Assembly: GCA_035906255.1 (NCBI GenBank)
Contig: JAMIFM010000022.1
Coordinates: 6,856 to 70,855 of the forward strand
DNA from: Bacteroidia bacterium
GTDB lineage: Bacteria > Bacteroidota > Bacteroidia > UBA8524
Reading direction: 5' to 3'
DNA: 64,000 nt
Under the pieces are notes generated by a model. It was not told the DNA's origin. It saw only the letters and a program-made list of their open reading frames with translations, and made no database searches. Of the stretch, positions 40,205-50,386 are shown in pieces. The position numbers were made by a program, and so were the translations under genes. The first letter of the stretch is position 1, and every line of letters begins with the position of its first letter.

Positions 40205-40529
40205 GATGGAATTACGTAGAGATGTTTTTCAAGCAATAGCCGATCCTACAAGAAGGGCAATTATTGCATTGGTAGCTATAAACGCGATGACACCGGGAGC
40301 TATAGCCGAAAATTTCGACTCGTCAAGACAAACAATATCTAAGCACATACAAATTCTTACCGAATGCGAATTGCTTAAGCAGGAGCAAAACGGCAGGGAA
40401 ATTTATTATCACTTTAATCCCATTAAAATGAAAGAGATAGCAGATTTTATTGAACCTTTCCGCAATATGTGGGACGACAGGTTTAATACACTGGAAAGCA
40501 TAATGAAGAATTATACCCCTAAGAATTAA
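40203..40529 (+). CDS. ArsR/SmtB family transcriptional regulator (paralog)
   Basis: The start is placed at [18 protein letters not shown] by alignment with the paralog at 39273. The ORF-track start at 40185 falls inside the operator palindrome. Confidence 0.75.
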   Translation: MMELRRDVFQAIADPTRRAIIALVAINAMTPGAIAENFDSSRQTISKHIQILTECELLKQEQNGREIYYHFNPIKMKEIADFIEPFRNMWDDRFNTLESIMKNYTPKN

Positions 40530-40534
40530 AAAAT

Positions 40535-40999
40535 ATGGAACGTAAGACCAAAGTAGCCGCTGAAAGCGGCAAGCAAGAACTTATTGTAACAAGAGAATTT
40601 GATTTACCTGTTAACTTACTGTTTAAGGCATACGTAGTGCCTGAAATTGTAGAACAATGGATGGGTACAAAAGTGCTGAAACTTGAAACTAAGAGACACG
40701 GAAGTTACCAGTACATTACTACCGACCCTATGGGCAACCAACACGGATTTAACGGCACAATACATGAGTTTGTACAAGACGAAAAAATTACCCGCACGTT
40801 TGAGATGGAAAACACCCCGTTTCCTGTGCAGATTGAATACTTAGCGTTTGAGCCTTTAACCGAAAACACCAGTAAACTAACCATGCAAATAGTGTATAAA
40901 TCAGTTGAGCACAGAGATCAAATGCTAAAAATGCCTTTTGCACAAGGTATTAATATGGCGCATAACCGATTGCAGGAAATAGTAAACCAACTAAAATAA
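40535..40999 (+). CDS. SRPBCC (AHSA1-like) domain protein (paralog)
   Basis: 154 aa with the same fold signature as the ORF at 39606. Confidence 0.7.
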   Translation: MERKTKVAAESGKQELIVTREFDLPVNLLFKAYVVPEIVEQWMGTKVLKLETKRHGSYQYITTDPMGNQHGFNGTIHEFVQDEKITRTFEMENTPFPVQIEYLAFEPLTENTSKLTMQIVYKSVEHRDQMLKMPFAQGINMAHNRLQEIVNQLK

Positions 41000-41005
41000 A
41001 CCGAT

Positions 41006-41389
41006 ATGAAAAAATCACACAAAATAATTTATTGGATTGCCACTGTTTGGCTATCCTTGGGTATGGTAGCTACGGGAGTAGTACAATTAATGGGCATGAA
41101 AGAAGAAGCAGATAACTTTGCAAGTTTAGGCTACCCTTTATACCTGATGACCATAATAGGTGCATGGAAAATAGCAGGCGTTGTTGCAGTGCTTATACCA
41201 AAGTTTCCATTGCTGAAAGAATGGGCATATGCGGGCTTCTTTTTTGCAATGTCGGGGGCAATAATTTCACACGTTGCTGTAGGGCATGGTGTAGCTCAAA
41301 TTTTCGGCCCTGCGTTATTGTTAGTTCTTACCGTTGTATCTTGGTATTTCAGACCTGTTGAAAGAAAAACCGTTTCAGTTAATCAATAA
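41006..41389 (+). CDS. DoxX family membrane protein
   Basis: 127 aa with four TM helices and a DoxX-like layout. Confidence 0.7.
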   Translation: MKKSHKIIYWIATVWLSLGMVATGVVQLMGMKEEADNFASLGYPLYLMTIIGAWKIAGVVAVLIPKFPLLKEWAYAGFFFAMSGAIISHVAVGHGVAQIFGPALLLVLTVVSWYFRPVERKTVSVNQ

Positions 41390-41392
41390 ACC

Positions 41393-41971
41393 ATGAATCC
41401 TAAAGTTAACTTCTTTTTTGATAAGGCCAAACAATGGAAAGAGGAGTATGCCCTATTGCGTTCGCTTATACTTAAATGGGGTCTTACTGAGGAACTTAAA
41501 TGGGGCACGCCTTGCTATACATATAAAGGTAATAACATTGTATTGATACATGGGTTTAAAGAATATTGTGCGTTGTTGTTTTTTAAAGGAGCTTTATTAA
41601 AAGATACTGAAAACATCCTTATTCAACAAACTGAAAACGTACAGGCGCAAAGACAGGCACGGTTTACCAACTTGCAACAAATTATTGAACTTGAACCTGT
41701 GTTGAAAGCATACGTGTATGAAACTATTGAAGTAGAGAAAGCAGGCTTAAAAGTTGAGTTTAAGAAAACCAAAGAGTTTACAATGGTGGACGAGTTTAGG
41801 GAAAAATTAGAGGAACTACCCGGACTGAAAACCGCTTTTGAAGCCCTTACACCCGGACGGCAACGGGGCTACCTCTTGTATTTTTCTTCAGCCAAACAAT
41901 CAAAAACCCGTGAAGCGAGGATTGAAAAGCATATTCCGCAAATTATGATAGGAAAGGGGTTGGATGATTAG
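41393..41971 (+). CDS. YdeI/OmpD-associated family protein
   Basis: 192 aa. The N-terminal region is DUF1801-like and the C-terminal segment GRQRGYLLYFSSAKQSKTREARIEK is typical of the family. Confidence 0.6.
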   Translation: MNPKVNFFFDKAKQWKEEYALLRSLILKWGLTEELKWGTPCYTYKGNNIVLIHGFKEYCALLFFKGALLKDTENILIQQTENVQAQRQARFTNLQQIIELEPVLKAYVYETIEVEKAGLKVEFKKTKEFTMVDEFREKLEELPGLKTAFEALTPGRQRGYLLYFSSAKQSKTREARIEKHIPQIMIGKGLDD

Positions 41972-42180
41972 TGCCTTGGATTTCCTGAGTTTGCCGAAGG
42001 AGCCCTTCGACAAGCTCAGGAACCCGATTATCGTCATTGCGAGGAGGAGGCACGACGACGTGGCAATCTGTTTATATAGTTTGGACTGGATTGCTTCGGG
42101 AAGACCCTCGCTATGACGATAAAACACTGTCATGCTGACGTAGGAAGCACCTTATCCCGTTTTGTTAATAACAGTTGTAA
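41972..42180. repeat. copy D of the mosaic intergenic repeat family
   Basis: Modules ccttcgacaagctcagga, tcgtcattgcgaggagg, cctcgctatgacg and gtcatgctgacgtaggaagcacc. The last is the reverse complement of 50085-50110. Confidence 0.6.
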
Positions 42181-42262
42181 TAAGGTTCTTTCCTGTAGTC
42201 AGAAAGACAGGGGTATTTAGGGGTTAATTACAAATTGCTTATCTTTGCAAACTTTATAAAAA

Positions 42263-43573
42263 ATGCAGAAATCGGTAGCCTTTTATACACTTGGGTGTAA
42301 GCTGAATTTTAGCGAAAGTAGTGCCATCGCCCGCCAAATGGAGGGTGAAGGTTTTGACCGCAAAGAGTTTACGCAAGGAGCTGATTTGTATGTGATAAAT
42401 ACCTGCTCGGTAACTGATAATGCGGATAAAAAATGCCGCAAGGTGGTTAAAGAGGCGTTAAAATATAATCCTGCCGCCAATGTGGTGATTATTGGATGTT
42501 ATGCCCAGCTGAAACCGCAGGAAATTGCCGAAATACCCGGTGTGGATATGGTATTGGGTGCTGCTGAGAAGTTTAACCTTGCCCACCACTTAAAGGAGTT
42601 GGGCAATGCTGAAAAAGCCATTGTACACAATAGTCCGATTAAAGAGACCAATGTGTTTGTGCCCGGCTTTTCGTTTGGTGACCGCACCCGTACTTTCTTA
42701 AAAGTGCAAGACGGTTGTAACTATTTCTGCTCGTTTTGTACTATTCCTTTGGCGCGTGGTTTTAGCCGTAGCGATACCATTGAAAAAACGGCAGAACAAG
42801 CCCGAAACGTAGCCCAAACAGGAGTGAAAGAAGTGGTACTTACGGGGGTGAATATCGGGGATTTTGGTCGCCAAAACGGGGAGACTTTTTTTGACTTAGT
42901 GAAAGCATTGGATGCTGTGGAGGGGATTGACCGCTTCCGCATCTCGTCGATAGAGCCTAATTTGTTGAACGAGGAGATTATTGATTTTGTGGTCAACTCG
43001 CAAAAGTTTGTGCCCCATTTTCATATTCCGCTACAAAGCGGAAACAATAAGATTTTGAAGCTGATGCGTCGCCGTTATGTGCGCGAGTTGTATGCCGACC
43101 GTGTGGCACGCATTAAGGCTGCTATGCCCAATTGCTGTATTGGTGTGGATGTGATTGTCGGGTTTCCGGGCGAGACAGAGGAAGACTTTTTAGATACCTA
43201 TCGTTTTATTAACGAGTTGGATATATCGTATTTACACGTGTTTCCATACAGCGAGCGTGAAAATACCACTGCGGTGCGCATGGAAGGGGTTGTGCCCCAA
43301 AAAGAACGTGCCCGCAGGGCAGAGATGCTGCGTATTTTATCAGAGAAGAAACGCCGTAGCTTTTACGAACAGCATATTGGCGGCACATTTACCGTTTTGT
43401 TTGAGGCCGAAGAAAACGGCGGTATGATGAACGGTTTTACCGAAAATTATATCAAAGTGAAAACTCCTTATGACCCTTTGCTGGTGAATGAACTGGTGGA
43501 GGTGAAACTAACAGGTATTGATGCTGACGGTGAGGTCACAGTTGAAGAAACGGCCATACCTGTGGCTCATTAA
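42263..43573 (+). CDS. mtaB: tRNA (t6A37) methylthiotransferase MtaB
   Basis: 436 aa. N-terminal MTTase domain, radical SAM CxxxCxxC (CNYFCSFC) and a TRAM domain. The length and composition fit MtaB rather than MiaB. Confidence 0.8.
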   Translation: MQKSVAFYTLGCKLNFSESSAIARQMEGEGFDRKEFTQGADLYVINTCSVTDNADKKCRKVVKEALKYNPAANVVIIGCYAQLKPQEIAEIPGVDMVLGAAEKFNLAHHLKELGNAEKAIVHNSPIKETNVFVPGFSFGDRTRTFLKVQDGCNYFCSFCTIPLARGFSRSDTIEKTAEQARNVAQTGVKEVVLTGVNIGDFGRQNGETFFDLVKALDAVEGIDRFRISSIEPNLLNEEIIDFVVNSQKFVPHFHIPLQSGNNKILKLMRRRYVRELYADRVARIKAAMPNCCIGVDVIVGFPGETEEDFLDTYRFINELDISYLHVFPYSERENTTAVRMEGVVPQKERARRAEMLRILSEKKRRSFYEQHIGGTFTVLFEAEENGGMMNGFTENYIKVKTPYDPLLVNELVEVKLTGIDADGEVTVEETAIPVAH

Positions 43574-43591
43574 TCAAAATACATCTTTATT

Positions 43592-44764
43592 TTATCGACT
43601 GATAATCATTTTTGATACGGTAGTGTTTCCATTAACAGTTATAGCTACGGTATACATTCCGTTGGGTAATTCACTTATGTTTATTGCGTTTTGTGAATGC
43701 TTTACCGTAAGGCAAGGTTGCCCTAATAAGGAGTAAACCGTTACCTCGTCCACAGCTCCTTCAATGTAAATAGTTTCATTAGCGGGATTAGGATAAACAC
43801 CCACTTTTGTTGATGTTTGAGGCTCATTAATTCCTACTGATGGGGGTGGTTTGGGGTTGGTAGTAAGTCGCTTCCAATCAAAAAAAGCATATACAGGATA
43901 ATGGTCTGATGTATTGTTGCTAAAATTGGCAATGTAACTGCCGGCATTGTCAAAAATCTGCGAAGAAGCTGGTATGTATAAACTATCCAAGCTTTTTGCC
44001 ATCATAATATGGTCAATCATTTTATCGCCAAAAGCCCACGAGTTTTTGCCTGCATCCGTCAGTTGTTTAGTTGCAAACAGGTAACCGTCGTTCAAAAACT
44101 GCGCATAAGGCGTAGGCATATTATTATACAGCGATGTATTTAAGTCGTCGTTCCAATCGCCCAGTATAATGTATTTCTTTCCGGCAAGGTATTGCTCCAC
44201 ATACGTTTTCAAATAGCCTGCCGCTTCCTTACGTTTATTGTACGAATCCTGTTTTTCAGTGGCTGTACCTGTATGTGCCTTCATGTGCACTACAATACAA
44301 TATAAAGTGTCTATTCGGTCATTTTGTTTAGTTCTCAGAGCCACCTGCAATGGTGGGCGTGTGGCAAAAGCACTGTTTGCATACTGGTTCAGTATGTTTT
44401 TGCTTAAATCGGGTATCAATTCAAACATACTTTTCTTATACAGCAAACACATTTTTTGGGTAGCCTGAAAAGTAGAGTTTATACTACCGTAGGTACTAAA
44501 CAAGGCATCGCTAAGGTTAAAAAAGGTGTTGGTATTTGCCATTTCCTGTAAGGCAATGATATCAAACCCTGCTTGACTGATTACGGTTTTTATGTTGTTA
44601 AATTGCAGGTTCTCGTCAGTGGGACCATAACCGCTTTCGCCTAACCACTCCACGTTCCAAGTGGCTACATCCAGCAAGGTATCGTTGCCCAATCTGGGTA
44701 TTTGTGCAAACACCGAAGCCGAAACTGTAATCATCGCCAACGCAAAGCAAAACCGTTTTATCAT
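43592..44764 (-). CDS. endonuclease/exonuclease/phosphatase-family protein with T9SS C-terminal sorting domain
   Basis: The signal peptide begins at MIKRFCFALAMITVSASVFAQ. The EEP catalytic pattern is WNVEW...DHYPV and the C-terminus is VGVYPNPANETIYIE...KMIISR. Confidence 0.65.
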   Translation of the reverse strand: MIKRFCFALAMITVSASVFAQIPRLGNDTLLDVATWNVEWLGESGYGPTDENLQFNNIKTVISQAGFDIIALQEMANTNTFFNLSDALFSTYGSINSTFQATQKMCLLYKKSMFELIPDLSKNILNQYANSAFATRPPLQVALRTKQNDRIDTLYCIVVHMKAHTGTATEKQDSYNKRKEAAGYLKTYVEQYLAGKKYIILGDWNDDLNTSLYNNMPTPYAQFLNDGYLFATKQLTDAGKNSWAFGDKMIDHIMMAKSLDSLYIPASSQIFDNAGSYIANFSNNTSDHYPVYAFFDWKRLTTNPKPPPSVGINEPQTSTKVGVYPNPANETIYIEGAVDEVTVYSLLGQPCLTVKHSQNAINISELPNGMYTVAITVNGNTTVSKMIISR

Positions 44765-44900
44765 ACTGCAAAGGTAGTAGATTGATGGCTGTTGATTACA
44801 CAACGCTTTCTCAACAGCGCCGGGTTTTACACCCGACGCATGGAGCAGAAACAAAAAAGGCCGCCTTTAGGGCAGTCTTTAATTATACGTTTTAAAGATA

Positions 44901-45464
44901 TTACTTCTTCACACGTTCCATGTACTCGCTGGTGCGAGTATCAATACGGATAATTTCACCGGTATCCACAAACAAAGGCACGTTTACAATTGCGCCTGTT
45001 TCCAACGTAGCGGGTTTCAATGTGTTGGTAGCAGTATCACCCCTCACACCGGGTTCAGTGTATGTAATTTCAAGTTCAACAAATGTTGGGGCTTCAGCAG
45101 CAATAGGAGCATCTTCTTCAAAAGAAATCTTCACGGTCATGCCCTCTTTCATAAACTTAGCACCGTCGCCAAACATAATCTCGTCCACATATATCTGCTC
45201 AAAAGTATCATTGTCCATACAAACAATGCTATTGCCGTCTTTATACAAGTATTGCAGTTCGCGTACTTCCACACGTACAATTTCAACTTCTTCGCCGCTA
45301 CGGTAGCGGTATTCTACTAATTTCCCTGTTTTTACGTTGCGCATTTTTGCCTGATAGAAAGCACGCAAGTTGCCGGGTGTGCGGTGCATATATTCTATAA
45401 GTTGCACCAACTCGCCGTTGTGGCGCAAAAACATTCCTACTGAAACATCTGATGTATTTGCCAT
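44901..45464 (-). CDS. efp: elongation factor P
   Basis: Three OB/KOW-like domains with the EF-P consensus. The start is taken at MANTSD. Confidence 0.9.
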   Translation of the reverse strand: MANTSDVSVGMFLRHNGELVQLIEYMHRTPGNLRAFYQAKMRNVKTGKLVEYRYRSGEEVEIVRVEVRELQYLYKDGNSIVCMDNDTFEQIYVDEIMFGDGAKFMKEGMTVKISFEEDAPIAAEAPTFVELEITYTEPGVRGDTATNTLKPATLETGAIVNVPLFVDTGEIIRIDTRTSEYMERVKK

Positions 45465-45536
45465 TGTGTAAATTTTGGAGGCAAAAATAGGTTTTACCAT
45501 CTAATTGGCAAAACACTGCCTTTTATTAAACCTTGC

Positions 45537-46004
45537 CTATTTTAAAATCGAAGCCAAATCAGCAGGGCTGTAATTAACCGATTTCATGGTTTTATTATCG
45601 CTGGTACGATATACTAGATATAAGCCTTCTACTTCTTTATAATAACAGTCTTCGCCCTTTTTCTCTTTAAAATGCAAAACAGTTGCTTGGGCTTCTTCTT
45701 CGGTTTGGCAGGCTTTGCTCATATTACTGCGCTGCACCTCATCAAACAGTTCTTTAAATTTGTTACCTAAGCCAAATTCAAGTATAGCACCGCTTAGTAC
45801 ATATTGTATATCACACAGCGCATCGGCAATTTCTACAATATTGTTATCGGCAATGGCTTGGCGCAACTCGTCCAGTTCTTCGGCTATCAGGCTCACCCTT
45901 AGTTCGCTGCGGGCAGCACTGGGTATAGCGGGTTGTTCAATTATAGGATGGCGGAAAGTGCGGTGAAATTCTGCTACTTGTTTAAGGCTTTGTGGTTGTT
46001 CCAT
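45537..46004 (-). CDS. MazG-like nucleotide pyrophosphohydrolase family protein
   Basis: 155 aa. The EExxE/D helix pattern is ELDELRQAI...IADALCDIQYVL. Confidence 0.6.
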   Translation of the reverse strand: MEQPQSLKQVAEFHRTFRHPIIEQPAIPSAARSELRVSLIAEELDELRQAIADNNIVEIADALCDIQYVLSGAILEFGLGNKFKELFDEVQRSNMSKACQTEEEAQATVLHFKEKKGEDCYYKEVEGLYLVYRTSDNKTMKSVNYSPADLASILK

Positions 46005-46089
46005 GCCTCAAAAATAGCAAGCAGCAAGGCTTACGTTTTTTACATTTTATTAACAAAACAGGATGTGTGAGGCAGAAAAGAAAGCAGAA

Positions 46090-46620
46090 TTAATCCAATA
46101 CCCTGCGGATACCCATGTAACGTTTTTTGTAGTAAGGGGTTTGGTTGGTAGAGTATGAGATACCCAAGTTTACCGAGGCATGGATAAAATAAATGGTGCC
46201 GTCTTTTATTTCGGTAATGATGCCTACATGGCCGGGACGTTTTGAACGTGAGTTGCGGCCTGTGAAATAAATAATATCACCGGGGCGGGCGTCTTCTTTA
46301 TCTACTTCTGAGCCTATAGTGCGAACTGCTGAAGAGGATGGAGAAGTTTTGTACCCGAATTTACCAAATACGTAATAAACAAAACCTGAACAGTCAAAAC
46401 CTTTTGGAGTTTTGCCGCCGCTGCGGTAGCGGGTGCCTAAATAATTATCTGCGTAATCTAAAAGAGAATCAGTAAGAGAGCATTCTACATATACAAGACT
46501 ATCCACTGCCTCAGAACTATCGGCAGGAGTGTTGCCTGTGCGCCCGAATGCCGATACCGACATTATCATGGCCACAAGCATAGCTAGTGCGTATATGTAT
46601 AACTTACTGTACAAGAACAT
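46090..46620 (-). CDS. NlpC/P60 (C40) family peptidase
   Basis: It has a Cys-His core (FDCSGFVYYVF ... GHVGII) and a signal peptide. Confidence 0.8.
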   Translation of the reverse strand: MFLYSKLYIYALAMLVAMIMSVSAFGRTGNTPADSSEAVDSLVYVECSLTDSLLDYADNYLGTRYRSGGKTPKGFDCSGFVYYVFGKFGYKTSPSSSAVRTIGSEVDKEDARPGDIIYFTGRNSRSKRPGHVGIITEIKDGTIYFIHASVNLGISYSTNQTPYYKKRYMGIRRVLD

Positions 46621-46954
46621 AACCGTGCGTAGTTCGGTTGTTTAAAAGTCGAGGGCAAATATAAGGCCAAAAGTCAAAAGTGGTGAAACAAGCAGGTGAA
46701 ATCACCCCCTATAGTTGTCCATTTGTTTTCCACAATCACCTTAAACAGAGTGGCTTCAGCGATGTTAGATTTTTTGTGTGAATAAAGATGCGATGCAGTA
46801 CTGCTAAAGGTTGTATAACGGTGCAAAAGTCTCAAAATGGCTACGGATAATCTAATAATGAGAGATTAAAAGCATCATCGCTCAACTATTTTTCGCATTA
46901 TTAATGCAAAACCTTATTTTTGCCGTCCTGTAAAAAATCGTATTTATAGACTAT

Positions 46955-49381
46955 ATGGAAAACCTTATCTACTTAATACCCGCACTTGGCGTGGTTGGAT
47001 TGCTGGTGATGGCCATCAAATCAGCATGGGTGAGCAAGCAAGACGCGGGCGACGAAAACATGAAAGAATTGGCGGGTTACATTGCCAAAGGTGCAATGGC
47101 CTTTTTGAAAGCCGAATGGAAAGTACTATCGTATTTTGCTGTTATTGCCGCAGTATTGTTGGCATGGAGCGGTACCATTCCTTCTGCCAACTCGCATTGG
47201 ATTATCGCCGTAGCATTTTTAATTGGAGCTGTTTTCTCGGCAGTAGCCGGATACATAGGTATGAATATAGCTACCAAAGCCAACGTGCGTACTACACAAG
47301 CAGCACGTACCAGTCTTGCACAAGCACTTAAAGTATCGTTTACCGGTGGTTCGGTAATGGGCTTGGGTGTTGCAGGTTTGGCAGTTTTGGGTCTTGGCTC
47401 ATTGTTTATCTTATTCTACGTAATGTTTGTAGGCGAAAACGGTAACGTGAACGGTGCTGAAATGGCAAAAGCCCTTGAAGTATTGGCAGGTTTTTCGTTG
47501 GGTGCTGAAAGTATAGCCCTGTTTGCACGTGTGGGCGGTGGTATTTATACCAAAGCTGCCGACGTAGGTGCTGACCTTGTGGGTAAAGTAGAGGCTGGTA
47601 TCCCTGAGGACGACGTTCGTAACCCTGCTACTATTGCCGATAACGTAGGCGATAACGTGGGTGACGTTGCCGGTATGGGTGCTGACCTTTTCGGTTCTTA
47701 TGTTGCAACCATCCTTGCTACCATGGTATTAGGCCGCGAAATTGTATCTGCGGATAACTTCGGAGGTATGGCTCCTGTATTACTGCCAATGTTGATGGCA
47801 GGTTTGGGTATCATATTCTCTATCATCGGTATGTGGTTTGTGAAAGTGAAAGATGATAAAGGTAACGTACAAAATGCTCTTAATATGGGTAACTGGTCAT
47901 CAATTATTCTCACAGCAATAGCCTCTTATTTCATAGTTGATTGGATGCTTCCACAAGATTTAAATTGGATTGATGAGGCGAGAGGAGAAGGATTTACTAA
48001 AATGGGAGTTTTTTGGTCTATAGTAGTTGGATTGGTTGTTGGGGCATTGATGAGTATTGTAACTGAATACTATACCGCAATGGGTAAACGTCCTGTGCTT
48101 TCAATTGTTAAACAATCAGGTACAGGCCATGCAACTAATATCATTGGTGGACTTTCAGTAGGTATGGAGAGTACAGTACTACCAACACTTATTTTGGCCG
48201 CAGGTATAATAGCTTCGTATTCTTTTGCTGGTATATACGGTGTGGCAATTGCTGCCGCAGGTATGATGGCGACTACTGCTATGCAGTTGGCAATTGACGC
48301 TTTTGGCCCTATTGCTGACAATGCAGGCGGTATTGCTGAAATGAGCCAATTGCCCGAAGAAGTTCGCGGACGTACTGATAATTTGGATGCTGTAGGTAAT
48401 ACTACTGCTGCCACAGGTAAAGGTTTTGCCATTGCTTCAGCAGCACTAACTTCGTTAGCTCTTTTTGCCGCATTTATAGGTGTTGCAGGCATTAGTGCCA
48501 TTGATATATTCAAAGCTCCTGTTTTAGCAGCGTTGTTTGTAGGCGGTATGATACCTTTCATATTCTCATCATTGGCAATTGCTGCGGTAGGCCGCGCTGC
48601 TATGGATATGGTAAACGAAGTTCGTCGCCAGTTCCGCGAAATACCCGGTATTATGGAATACAAAGCCAAACCTGAGTATGAGAAATGCGTTGAAATTTCA
48701 ACCAAAGCTTCTATCCGTGAAATGATTATGCCCGGAGCAATTGCTCTTATTGTACCTGTATTAGTTGGTTTTGGGTTTAAAGGAGTTTTTAAAGATGTAA
48801 GTTCTGCTGAAATATTGGGCGGGTTATTAGCCGGTGTTACCGTTAGCGGTGTATTGATGGGTATGTTCCAAAGCAACGCAGGAGGTGCATGGGATAACGC
48901 TAAAAAATCGTTTGAAAAAGGCGTAGTTATTAACGGCGAAACCTTCTATAAAAAATCTGAGCCACACAAAGCATCAGTAACCGGTGATACCGTAGGTGAC
49001 CCATTTAAAGATACATCAGGTCCTTCAATGAACATTTTGATTAAATTAATGTCAATCGTTTCATTGATTATTGCTCCACACATCGCTGTTAACGGCGGTC
49101 ACGGTGCAAGTGCTGCTGATTGCTGCACTGACGGTGGCAAAGCTAAAACTGAGGCTTGCTGCTCGATGGGCGGTGACCATCATGCAAGTGCCAACGCTAA
49201 ATGCGACATGGACAAGTGCATGAACATGACCCCCGAAGAGTGTGCTGCTTATTGCGATAGCGTAGGTTGTACCCCTGAACAAAAAGCTGAATGTGTGAAG
49301 CACGCTAAAGGCAAAAAAGACGGTGCTGCTGAACCTCATCAGCACGATGGACATGGACATGATGGCCACAAACACGAATAA
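46955..49381 (+). CDS. hppA: membrane pyrophosphate-energised H+/Na+ pump (K+-dependent subtype) with a Cys/His-rich C-terminal extension
   Basis: 808 aa with the canonical 16-TM M-PPase motifs. The GNTTAA motif indicates the K+-stimulated class. The last ~100 aa, after ...SLIIAPHIA, are Cys/His-rich and not part of the normal fold. Confidence 0.85.
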   Translation: MENLIYLIPALGVVGLLVMAIKSAWVSKQDAGDENMKELAGYIAKGAMAFLKAEWKVLSYFAVIAAVLLAWSGTIPSANSHWIIAVAFLIGAVFSAVAGYIGMNIATKANVRTTQAARTSLAQALKVSFTGGSVMGLGVAGLAVLGLGSLFILFYVMFVGENGNVNGAEMAKALEVLAGFSLGAESIALFARVGGGIYTKAADVGADLVGKVEAGIPEDDVRNPATIADNVGDNVGDVAGMGADLFGSYVATILATMVLGREIVSADNFGGMAPVLLPMLMAGLGIIFSIIGMWFVKVKDDKGNVQNALNMGNWSSIILTAIASYFIVDWMLPQDLNWIDEARGEGFTKMGVFWSIVVGLVVGALMSIVTEYYTAMGKRPVLSIVKQSGTGHATNIIGGLSVGMESTVLPTLILAAGIIASYSFAGIYGVAIAAAGMMATTAMQLAIDAFGPIADNAGGIAEMSQLPEEVRGRTDNLDAVGNTTAATGKGFAIASAALTSLALFAAFIGVAGISAIDIFKAPVLAALFVGGMIPFIFSSLAIAAVGRAAMDMVNEVRRQFREIPGIMEYKAKPEYEKCVEISTKASIREMIMPGAIALIVPVLVGFGFKGVFKDVSSAEILGGLLAGVTVSGVLMGMFQSNAGGAWDNAKKSFEKGVVINGETFYKKSEPHKASVTGDTVGDPFKDTSGPSMNILIKLMSIVSLIIAPHIAVNGGHGASAADCCTDGGKAKTEACCSMGGDHHASANAKCDMDKCMNMTPEECAAYCDSVGCTPEQKAECVKHAKGKKDGAAEPHQHDGHGHDGHKHE

Positions 49382-49402
49382 TAACTCACGTTAAAACTAT
49401 AC

Positions 49403-49430
49403 AAGCCCCGCCCAACCGCGGGGCTTTTTT
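49403..49430 (+). terminator. rho-independent terminator after hppA
   Basis: agccccg...cggggct stem followed by TTTTTT. Confidence 0.7.
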
Positions 49431-49445
49431 GTTATATTAGCTACA

Positions 49446-49970
49446 ATGAAATATGTATTGCTATTTTTATTTGTGAGTGTGGTGAGTTTTATAGATGCTC
49501 AATCGCAATCAAACAATGTCGATAGTGTGAGAATACATGCTAAACGGATTTTAGACGGCGAAATAACCCCAATAGATGATAACTTAACTATTTCTTGCTT
49601 AGATAGTTTATTATCTACCAACCCATCAACAAGAGAGTATTACAGTGTTGTTTTTAGTGTTATTATCAGTAAATCCGACGGAGCACTTTCTGAAATAATT
49701 GGCCAGTACTGCATTAACTACCTTGATATGTTTCCCAAAGAATTTATAACACACTATCAAGTTCAATCTGCAAACAATAAGGAGTTGTATGCAAATGTTA
49801 TTGCATTTGAGTTTTATGCTGAAGCAGCCGACTTTAATCAGGCGTACTTATCTCTTAAAAAGTTCATTTGTGCTATAAAAAGTCGTGAGGAAATGGATAA
49901 AAAAGACATCGCTAACATTGGTATCATCGAGGATGCTGTTATGGTCAATCTACAATCATACAACGATTGA
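49446..49970 (+). CDS. secreted hypothetical protein
   Basis: 174 aa with a signal peptide. AT-rich. Confidence 0.4.
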   Translation: MKYVLLFLFVSVVSFIDAQSQSNNVDSVRIHAKRILDGEITPIDDNLTISCLDSLLSTNPSTREYYSVVFSVIISKSDGALSEIIGQYCINYLDMFPKEFITHYQVQSANNKELYANVIAFEFYAEAADFNQAYLSLKKFICAIKSREEMDKKDIANIGIIEDAVMVNLQSYND

Positions 49971-49984
49971 TAAAAGTCCTCTCA

Positions 49985-50345
49985 TTACTTTGCGTTGGTT
50001 TATGTGTTGATTTGCTTATCTCATCCCTGTCCTTCTGAGCGATAGCAAAGAATCCTACACCAACTGTGTTTACAAAGCGGGATAAGGTGTTTCCTTCGTC
50101 AGCATGACAATACCCCCTAAATCCCCTGTGGGGACTTTACCAACGACGTACCAGCGCGGTTGCCATCCTGAGAATGCCGAAGGGTGCGGCTGTTTCCCTC
50201 CTTGGGTGGTTAGTGGGTTGGTAAGAAGGGACTAAGGGAGGTGTCAAACGGATTGTTTCTAAACCCGAAGACGGTTTTTCGCAATGACGATAGTTGAGCG
50301 AGTGCGGGGCAGTTCTCCTGAGTTTATCGAAGGAGCGCGTATAGT
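49985..50345. repeat. copy E of the mosaic intergenic repeat family
   Basis: It contains the reverse complements of modules in copies B and D, and ends with the ctcctgagtttatcgaaggagc module that begins copy D. Confidence 0.6.
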
Positions 50346-50386
50346 TATAAAAACAAAATAGTAAATTTGACAGAACAGGATTAATA

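Noticed and set aside
48070-48876. 268-aa ORF antisense to hppA
   Set aside because: It is the reverse-strand shadow of a GC-skewed membrane-protein gene, with a low-complexity Ala/Pro/Ile composition.
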